In this document: positions 12,587 to 20,207 of the stretch, in pieces
Position numbering within the stretch: position 1 is the first letter of the stretch
Layout of the letters: each line of letters opens with the position of its first letter
NCBI GenBank assembly: GCA_002269645.1
Contig: NIVC01001041.1
Span: 1-25,549 of the forward strand
Source: Macrostomum lignano
Taxonomy: Eukaryota
Direction: 5' to 3'
DNA: 25,549 nucleotides
Position numbers and translations under genes: made by a program
The notes under the pieces: model-generated
Database searches by the model: none
What the model was told of the DNA's origin: nothing
What the model saw: the letters and a program-made list of their open reading frames with translations, nothing else

Positions 12587-12701
12587 TTTTGTCATGAGCA
12601 TCCTCGGGCGCCGTGAAGAGCCAGGTGCCTTTTGGCTGGTTGCCTGCGCTCAGACTGCAGGTTCTGATGAGTTCACTAACTGTCGCCTCATCATTTCTCA
12701 C

Positions 12702-12788
12702 CGAGTCTTTTCAGGCAGTCCGACCGGAGTCGGCCCAGGCGGCTGGACGCTCTGTCGAGCTCGTGGGCGGGGACGCGGAGCTGCAGCG
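12702..12788 (-). CDS. ANK-kinase gene exon 2: Pro/Arg-rich linker (AAAPRPRPRARQSVQPPGPTPVGLPEKTR)
   Basis: Acceptor CTCTTCCTACAG|, donor |GTGAGA; 87 nt, phase 2 at both ends, matching the neighbouring exons; GC-rich and stop-free. Confidence 0.65.
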
Positions 12789-13121
12789 CTGTAGGAAGAG
12801 TTTTACGAGTGAGCCGTTAAAAATGTCTGGGTCGCCAAGACGGCACTTAAACTCTGCTAATGCTTCGTGTATAAAAAGCCCCTGCAGATTGAGCTTTGGG
12901 TGGCGCTATATGGACATTGGGGGCGCGATCGGGAGATTGCGGCGCCACGAAGAGATTGGAGGCTCTCAAATCATTCAAGTGCCAATATTTTGAACATCAC
13001 ACCAAGTACATTCCTACTAAAATCGGAGAGTTTGAAACTTCGGAGAGTTTGATGGCACTTGCACTCGCTGATGCTTTGTGTTTAAAAACTGCAGATTGAG
13101 CTGTGGGTGGGGGTTGTGGGC

Positions 13122-13350
13122 CCATAGGGAGGTTGGAGGCGCCATGGGGAGATTGGAGACGCCGTTGGGAGGTTGGAGGCGCCATGAAGAGGTTTAAGGC
13201 GCCATGGGGAGGTTGGGGGCGCCATGGGGAGGTTGGAGGCGCCATGAGGAGGTTGGAGGCGCCATGGGGAGGTTGGGGGCGCCATGGGGAGGTTGGGGGC
13301 GCCATGGGGAGGTTGGAGGCGCCATGTAGAGGTTGGGGGCGCCATGAGGA
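13122..13350. repeat. 21-bp minisatellite (GGAGGTTGGAGGCGCCATGGG)n in intron 1 of the ANK-kinase gene
   Basis: About 11 units. Confidence 0.95.
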
Positions 13351-13505
13351 GCTGTACTGACAGATTCATGACACCCTCGCTTGACTGCGGCGCTGCTGAG
13401 AATTTCAGGGCGCCGATCATCAAAGCAATGAATTTCAATGAATTTTCGCCAAAAAACATTTTCAGAATTTTCAGTGTCAGGCAGCAGCTCTCAGTCAGGA
13501 CTCAC

Positions 13506-14857
13506 CCAGCTGAGGCGGCAGTCGGCGCTGAGCTGCCAGCGGGAGGCCGAGAGGCTTCGAGCTGCCGCTGCGTGGAGGAAATCCAGGCCCGCTTTGCTGA
13601 CTGGTCTCTAAAGTAGCAATAACTCTCAACATAATCAGCCGGTGTTTTGCCCTCGTTGTTCTTCAAGCCGAGCATTTCGGCTCCGATTTGGTCAAAAATG
13701 AACTGAAGAGAGTCGACTGGCTGCCACTGAGCGGCCAAATGGACGGCCGTGTCACCTCTAGAGTCAGGAACTGTGAGACAGTCGCTGCCGAGCTCCTTCA
13801 CCAGCCACTCCAGATTTGAATTGTCAGACTTCTTAGCAGCAAAGTGAAATGCTGTTCTATCATCATCTCCCTTCAGCCGAAAGCAGTCAGTTCCGATCTG
13901 TCTCTTGATCCACTCCAGCGACTCGATGCTCTGATGCTGAGCGGCCAAATGGACGGCCGTGTCACCTCTAGAGTCAGGAACTGTGAGACAGTCGCTGCCG
14001 AGCTCCTTCACCAGCCACTTCAGCATTGAATTGTCAGACTTCTGAGCAGCAATGTGAAATGCCGTTCTATCACCATCTCCCTTCAGCCGAAAGCAGTCAG
14101 TTCCGATCTGTCTCTTGATCCACTCCAGCGACTCGATGCCCTGATGCTCAGCGGCCAAATGGACGGCCTTGTTCCCGTATTTGTAAGGAACTGTGAGACA
14201 GTCGCTGCCGAGCTCTTTCACCAGCCACTTCAGATTTGAATTGTCAGACTTCACAGCAGCAAAGTGAAATGCTGTTGTATCACATTCTCCCTTCAGCCGA
14301 AAGCAGTCAGTTCCGATCTGTCTCTTGATCCACTCCAGCGACTCGATGCCCTGATGCTGAGCGGCCAAATGGACGCCCGTGGTACCGTCTTCGTCAGGAA
14401 CTGTGAGACAGTCGCTGCCGAGCTCCTTCACCAGCCACTTCAGACAAGAGTTGCTTTTTCTGTTCATAGCGGCAAAGTGAGCGACTGTCTCTCCATTTTT
14501 AGCGGCAATTCTCAAGCAGCCTCTGCCTCCCTTCTCTTTAACCAGCTCCATCCAAGATTCGTCCTGATGCTGGGCAGCCAAGTGCACTGGAGTCTGCCCT
14601 CTACCATTTCCACGTGTCAGACAGCCGGTTCCGAATCTGTCAATCAGCAGCTCCAGGCACGACGAGCTCACCGGCTTGCAAGCCACGTGTTGGGCCAGCG
14701 GCATTTTGTGAAGCTCTTCAAAGGGATAGTCTTGCTTGTCGAACCCGCCCACCTCCAGCTCGATGTTGCTGCCGACCTCACCGCACAGTCGCTGCAGCTC
14801 CTCGCTGTCTCCAGCCTCCAGCGCCGCTCTCAGCTTCCGCTTCATCTCTGTTGCCAT
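13506..14857 (-). CDS. ANK-kinase gene exon 1: ankyrin-repeat array
   Basis: 450 codons with repeated G-x-T-A/P-x-H-x-A-A motifs; start context GCCATGG with an in-frame upstream TAG at 14890-14888; perfect donor GG|GTGAGT at 13505 (phase 2). Confidence 0.95.
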
Positions 14858-14863
14858 GGCTAC
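14850..14863 (-). promoter_or_regulatory. X-box-like motif GTAGCCATGGCAAC overlapping the ANK-kinase start codon
   Basis: Fits the GTHNYY-AT-RRNAAC X-box consensus; may be a by-product of Kozak context plus Met-Ala-Thr codons. Confidence 0.25.
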
Positions 14864-15470
14864 ACAGCTTCTCCTAGCAGCGCTTCTCTACCGATCTGCT
14901 GTCTGCCGCAGCTGTTCCACACGGCTTCAAACTGAGTGCTTTGCTCTTCTTCAAGCGAATTTGCCTGCCAGCTCAGCAGCAGCAGCAAAAGTCCGGCTGT
15001 CACGGACTGAAATCTCTGAGCTCTCCCTGTGCAGAGAAATTTGTTTAAATGGACTGAGGCCGATTCTCTTCTCTGACCCAGCGGCTGAGTTTGAGGGCTG
15101 ATTGGGTGCCAGGGGGCCCGGCAGCTGCTCTGCTCAGCGGGGTGAGAGATGCAGGAGCAGTGAGATGCTGCGAGCTCTGCTGATTTAAACAATGAGAGCT
15201 GACTGTGGCTGCGTGCTCGGCATAGCAAGTGCATTGCCAGTGGGCAGGGGTGAAGGGGCGGCAGCTGAGACACGAGGGGAGAGAGATGGAGGGGGAGGGA
15301 GGGCAGGGCTGAGGCCTGGAAACCAAGCGGAGCTCTCTGACGATTTTCAATTCAGTTTGCAATTGTATGGCAAAAATTTTGCAGAAAAATGCTTATAACT
15401 GAGGATTTTTTGTTGCTGAACTCGAAACAGATGGAGAATGGTCGCTTGGGTTTGCCAGCGACACTTTAAG

Positions 15471-15978
15471 TCAGTATCTAACAGGTGACGTCAGTATCTA
15501 ACAGGTGACATCAGTGTCTAACATGTCACTCTAGTATCTAACAGGTGACGTCAGTATCTAACAGGTGACACCAGTATCTAACAGGTGACATCAGTATCTA
15601 ACAGGTGACATCAGTATCAAAAAGGTGACATCAGTATCTAACAGGTGACATCGATATCTAACAGGTGACATAAGTGTCTCACAGCTGACATCAGTATCTA
15701 ATACGTGACTTCTTTATCTAACAGGTGACGTCAGTATCTAACAGGTGACGTCAGTATCTAACAGGTGACATCAGTATCATACAAGTGACATCAGTATCTA
15801 ACAGGCGATATCGGTATCAAACACGTGACACCATTATCTAACAGGTGACATCAGTATCTAACAGGTGACATCAGTATCATACAAGTGACATCAGTATCTA
15901 ACAGGCGATATCGGTATCAAACACGTGACACCATTATCTAACAGGTGACATCAGTATCTAACAGGTGACATCAGTATC
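15471..15978. repeat. 20-bp minisatellite B (TCAGTATCTAACAGGTGACA)n, segment 1
   Basis: About 25 moderately diverged units; the same unit resumes at 17509 and 17931. Confidence 0.95.
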
Positions 15979-16419
15979 GTGCGTGCGTGTAATTGATTTT
16001 TTCGAGAATGGCTCAACCGATTCTCTTCAAACTTGCACCATTCGATCAGAAATTTTCCTGGGATGGTGCATGCATCTTGGCTAAGAAATTGATCAATATT
16101 AAAGGAATTAAATATTCGAAAAAACTGATTTTCTGCAAAGGTCAAGCAGCTCTTTCGACCTGAAATGCATTGTAAAAATGCTAGAGAAAAACCTGACTGA
16201 CTGAATTTCAATTCTGATAAAGATTGCATCACAGCAAGTTGAAAACAGTGCCAAAGAAATGCACACACGACTTGATTTAAATTGCGTAACCATATTGCTA
16301 ACTTAAATTGAGACTGATACTGGCTGACTGAGAAATTGATTATGTCATAACTTTTTACTCTAACCGATTTGCTATAAGAATGAATTATAAGGGCCACAAT
16401 TCATGTTCTCCAATCGACA

Positions 16420-16488
16420 AGAGATAGCATAGATGCGAACAGACTGGACTGCTAATTCAGCGACCTGGGTTCGAATCTAAGTAGTGCA
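16420..16488 (+). pseudogene. tRNA-derived relic / SINE-head-like sequence
   Basis: A-box-like TAGCATAGATG, anticodon arm CTGGA-CTGCTAA-TTCAG, B-box GGTTCGAATC, T-run at ~16495-16501; the acceptor stem does not pair. Confidence 0.5.
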
Positions 16489-16549
16489 AAATAATTTTTT
16501 TATTAAAACATCTTAAAAACAAAATGCTAAGCATAAAAGAAGCACAATG

Positions 16550-17082
16550 TCAAACAAAAGTGGCACCATTTCAAACATTAAAGGCCACCATGTCAAACAT
16601 ATATGTGACTCCATGTCTAACATTAAAGAGCCACCATGTCAAACATTAAAGAGCCACCATGTCGAACATTAAAGAGCCATCATGTCGAACATTAAAGAGC
16701 CACCATGGTGAACATTAAGAAGCCATCATTACAGACATTAAGGTGCCACCAGGTCAAACATTAAAGAGCCACCATGTCGAACATAAAAGAGCCACTATGT
16801 CAAACATCAACGAGTCACCATGTCAAGCGTATAAGTGACTCCATGTCAGACATTAAAGAGCCATCATTGCAGACATTAAGATGCCACCAGGTCAAACATT
16901 AAAAAGCCACCATGTCAAACATAAAAGAGCCACCATGTCAAACATTAAAGAGCCACCATGTCGAACATAAAAGAGCACCATGTCGAACATTAAAGAGCCA
17001 TCATTACAGACATTAAGATGCCACCAGGTCAAACATTAAAGAGCCACCATGTCAAACACAAAACAGCTACCATGTCAAACAT
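16550..17082. repeat. Diverged 23-bp minisatellite (AAACATTAAAGAGCCACCATGTC)n with ~137-bp higher-order blocks
   Basis: About 22 units; the GCCATCATT(A/G)CAGACATTAAG-TGCCACCAGGTC block recurs near 16725, 16860 and 16997. Confidence 0.9.
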
Positions 17083-17086
17083 AAAT

Positions 17087-17352
17087 GGGGTGCCTACTAT
17101 CTTGGAGTGCTTGCTATCTGGGGTGCTTGCTATTAGGTGGATGCTTGCTATCTGGGGTGCCTGCTATCTTGGAGTGCTTGCTATCTGGAGATGCGTGCTA
17201 TCTGGGGGTGCTTGCTATCTGGGGGGGGATGCTTGCTATCTTGGGGGTTCTAGCTATCTGGGGGTGCTTGCTATTAGGTGGATGCTTGCTATCTGGGGTG
17301 CCTGCTATCTGGAGATGCTTGCTATCTGGGGGTGCTTGCTATCTGGGGGGTT
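17087..17352. repeat. 16-bp minisatellite (GGGGTGCTTGCTATCT)n
   Basis: About 16 diverged units. Confidence 0.92.
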
Positions 17353-17508
17353 GCTTGCTGTCCTGGGATGTTTTCTTTTTGCATTACACTTCATTTGAGC
17401 AGTTTTTCTATTGTCTATGTGAAGGCTTTATTTGGCCGTCTTTTTGATACTTGTAGAGAGCTAGAGATTCTATCTAGATGCCCCCCATCGGGGGGCGAAG
17501 ATTGCTAG

Positions 17509-17650
17509 TCAGTATCTAACAGGTGACATCAGTATCTAACAGGTGACCTCGGTATCTAACATTTGACACCAATATCTAACAGGTTACACCAGTATCTAAC
17601 AGGTTACACCAGTATCTAACAGGTTACACCAGTATCTAACAGGTGACATC
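17509..17650. repeat. 20-bp minisatellite B, segment 2
   Basis: About 7 units. Confidence 0.92.
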
Positions 17651-17898
17651 TGTGGCAAAGTGCCACTGGACTGATCTGAGGTTGCTTGGGGTGTAGGGTT
17701 GCGTGGGCACGTTGATTATTGCTTAAGTAGCTCGTAAATACACCTCATTGATTGCTCGTCCTCGCGTGTACGTGTATCGTGTACTAATGTACGTCTTGCT
17801 TATTAAATATATATGCGCGTGCGCTAACTAGCAGTCGCTCAAGTTTTCTCAAGAAGTTCTTACTTACTTAACCAGTGGAGTCCGTGTGAGTTACTACA
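17651..17898. mobile_element. Solo-LTR-like insertion (248 bp)
   Basis: TGTGGCAA...TTACTACA termini (TG..CA, 6/8 inverted match), internal TATTAAATATATA; it interrupts satellite B; no clean TSD, PBS or PPT. Confidence 0.45.
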
Positions 17899-17930
17899 TC
17901 TAATATAGTAATAATATAGGATCTAGTATA

Positions 17931-18146
17931 GTATCTAACAAGTGACATCAGTATCTAACGGGTGACATCGGTATCTAACAGGTGACATCGGTATCTAACG
18001 GGTGACATCGGTATCTAACGGGTGACATCGGTATCTAACGGGTGACATCGGTATCTAACGGGTGACACCAGTATCTAACAGAAGACACCAGTATCTAAAA
18101 GGTGACACCAGTATCTAACAGGTGACATCAGTATCTAACGGGTGAC
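17931..18146. repeat. 20-bp minisatellite B, segment 3
   Basis: About 11 units. Confidence 0.92.
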
Positions 18147-18642
18147 TGGCCACTGGAGAGACCGCGCGTTAGTGCCCAGTCGACGAAAAATATCGCGCCA
18201 CTTAACTAATCAATAATTAATTCGTCACTTGACAGTCATGATACTTGATTTTCTGATTTAAATTTAGTGAAATTTAATTTCCACGACACGCACAATTTGT
18301 GCACGAATTTGAAAGTTGGATTCAATTTCCTTGGATTGATGCTTTGAAAAAATTACCTGATCAAAGAAATGATCCATTAAAATTGCTATTTTTTAATTGC
18401 TTGGTTTAGAGGACTGCTGAGACTTTAAACTATACAGCCAGGGTGTCCTAGTAGCTTGACTACGGGCTACTGTGGTATATTTGATTGGGTAAATATTTCA
18501 TGTAACACAATATCCGCTAACATCCGCATAGAGAAGCTATTATTTTGTATGGGCTAATTGGGGAATTAAAGCAAGCTTACGCGAAAATAGTTAATGTTTT
18601 TTAGCATGTAGATATTATGTCAAACATTTGGAAAGTCTCGCA

Positions 18643-18698
18643 TCAACGCTTGACTTCAAACTTGACGTCTTTGCACTCGTTGATTGTTTCGCAAGAAT
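18643..18698 (-). CDS. Neurophysin-domain gene, last exon: (D)SCETINECKDVKFEVKR*
   Basis: Acceptor TTTTTTTCTATTTTAG|; phase 1 matches the upstream donor; it supplies the last two Cys with exact neurophysin spacing (CC-x4-C-x5-C); TGA at 18645-18643. Confidence 0.88.
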
Positions 18699-18790
18699 CT
18701 AAAATAGAAAAAAATGTCAGTAAAGATATCTGGATTGTGAAATATTTTATTTGAAACTTTCTATTTGGTAGAGAAGGAACAGCTTCTTAC

Positions 18791-19033
18791 CAGCAGTGCA
18801 GCAGATGCCTCTGGAAGCGCAGCGACCCTTGCCTCCCAGACAGACGGTGGCGACGCGACCGCAGCCAAGGACTTTCGCTGGCAGACGGCGACACGCGGCG
18901 GTGTCCGGGCCGAAGCCGACGCGATATCCGCCGTGGGGGTGACAGCAGATGGCGCGGCCGAAACAGCGGCCCCAGCCGTGGGAGCAGCTCAGGCAGGGAC
19001 CGTTGATGGTATTGGTTGCCGGTACATGACTGC
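18791..19033 (-). CDS. Neurophysin-domain gene, core exon (oxytocin/vasopressin-type precursor)
   Basis: SHVPATNTINGPCLSCSHGWGRCFGRAICCHPHGGYRVGFGPDTAACRRLPAKVLGCGRVATVCLGGKGRCASRGICCTA matches the neurophysin pattern CxxC..GRCFGxxICC..C..C..C..GRCA..GICC; perfect donor G|GTAAG at 18790; 5' acceptor ambiguous (19033, 19029 or 19068). Confidence 0.88.
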
Positions 19034-19245
19034 CTGCGGGTTTGAAGTTATGGTAGACTTTAAAATACCTGTGTTTGGATTCGGCGTGCCGTTACATTAA
19101 TTTGAGGTTCAAGGCCCAGGGCTGGCTGGCCATCTCAAAATGCCCACAGTGTGCATACTGTTGTAGCACAGTGGTACAGCGTCGGACTATCGAAAAAAGC
19201 CACAGAACTCTTAACGGTTCCTGGATATTGAAAAGCTCGGTGCAG

Positions 19246-19690
19246 CCAGCTGTGCTACTGCAAGTACTGAATATGGCTCGCTTGACTGCAATCTGCATGA
19301 ATTTGTGTCTGACTTTGCTGCCTTCACTTCACCCAGCTGTGCTACTGCAAGTACTGAATATGGCTCGCTTGACTGCAATCTGCATGAATTTGTGTCTGAC
19401 TTTGCTGCCTTCACTTCACCCTGCTGTGCTACTGCAAGTACTGAATATGGCTCGCTTGACTGCAGTCTGCATGAATTTGTGTCTGACTTTGCTGCCTTCA
19501 CTTTACCCAGCTGTGCTACTGCAAGTACTGAATATGGCTCGCTTGACTGCAGTCTGCATGAATTTGTGTCTGACTTTGCTGCCTTCACTTCACCCTGCTG
19601 TGCTACTGCAAGTACTGAATATGGCTCGCTTGACTGCAGTCTGCATGAATTTGTGTCTGACTTTGCTGCCTTCACTTCACCCTGCTGTGG
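19246..19690. repeat. 87-bp minisatellite, 5 units
   Basis: TGTGCTACTG recurs at 19251, 19338, 19425, 19512 and 19599. Confidence 0.95.
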
Positions 19691-20207
19691 CACCTCATCA
19701 ATGGCGCTTTGTGCTCAAATGCAGTTTATTTATAAATTTATTAATAATTTTGCATTTTGTACTCACGGTTTATTTTGCTAATCTTTATACACAGTTCAGG
19801 TGTGCATTTTGTAATCCACCTTTGATAATCTTTGGATTTATTTATCCGGTGCAACAGACTGACCCTGCTTCTACTCGCCCCGACCCTAGCCATCCAAGCA
19901 GCTCCAGACCAGCCGAGCTCAATGCCTAGAGGACAATGGCGAAGCTGAGGTTTAAGGGCCGAGCCGGCAGCCTGCGAACGCGTGTCAAAAGAAGACTCGC
20001 TGCAAATGCTTTTTTAGGAGGGGGGGGGGTTGATGGCTGCCTAAAAGCGGCACAGAGACAAGATGCGTGAGCGCCAACCCTGCCCCGCTCAAACCATTCA
20101 CTGCTTTGCATTGCGCTTGTGCTCTCAGCTAAAATTTACTGCCTTTGATATTCGGCACTTCGTGTTTTCAGATGCGAGCCTCCCACTCATATTGGGCGTT
20201 TAGAATT

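Larger units (their letters stand above)
15977..17508 (+). mobile_element. Helitron-like non-autonomous element (5' boundary uncertain: 15971, 15977 or 15979)
   Basis: 3' end has a GC hairpin GCCCCCC-ATC-GGGGGGC (17480-17496), 8 nt, then CTAG followed by T; candidate A|TC starts at 15971 and 15977; it interrupts satellite B; no TIR and no Rep/Hel ORF. Confidence 0.55.

Noticed and set aside
12553-12654. Extra ANK-kinase exon after a 47-nt intron (LSAGNQPKGTWLFTAPEDAHDKR), with tandem GT donors in the 16-mer array
   Set aside because: Its first donor is phase 0 and does not fit the strong phase-2 acceptor at 11774 without using a weak acceptor (11824) or the third repeat unit. Direct 12702->11774 splicing is simpler. 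It remains possible as an alternative form.
16590-17060. Repeated vertebrate Kozak consensus GCCACCATG in the 23-mer
   Set aside because: Each ATG is quickly followed by a stop in most units; likely coincidental.
18765-19100. Plus-strand 111-aa Ala-rich ORF
   Set aside because: Antisense shadow of the GC-rich neurophysin exon.
19160-19195. Pol III A-box-like TAGCACAGTGG
   Set aside because: No B-box or cloverleaf follows.
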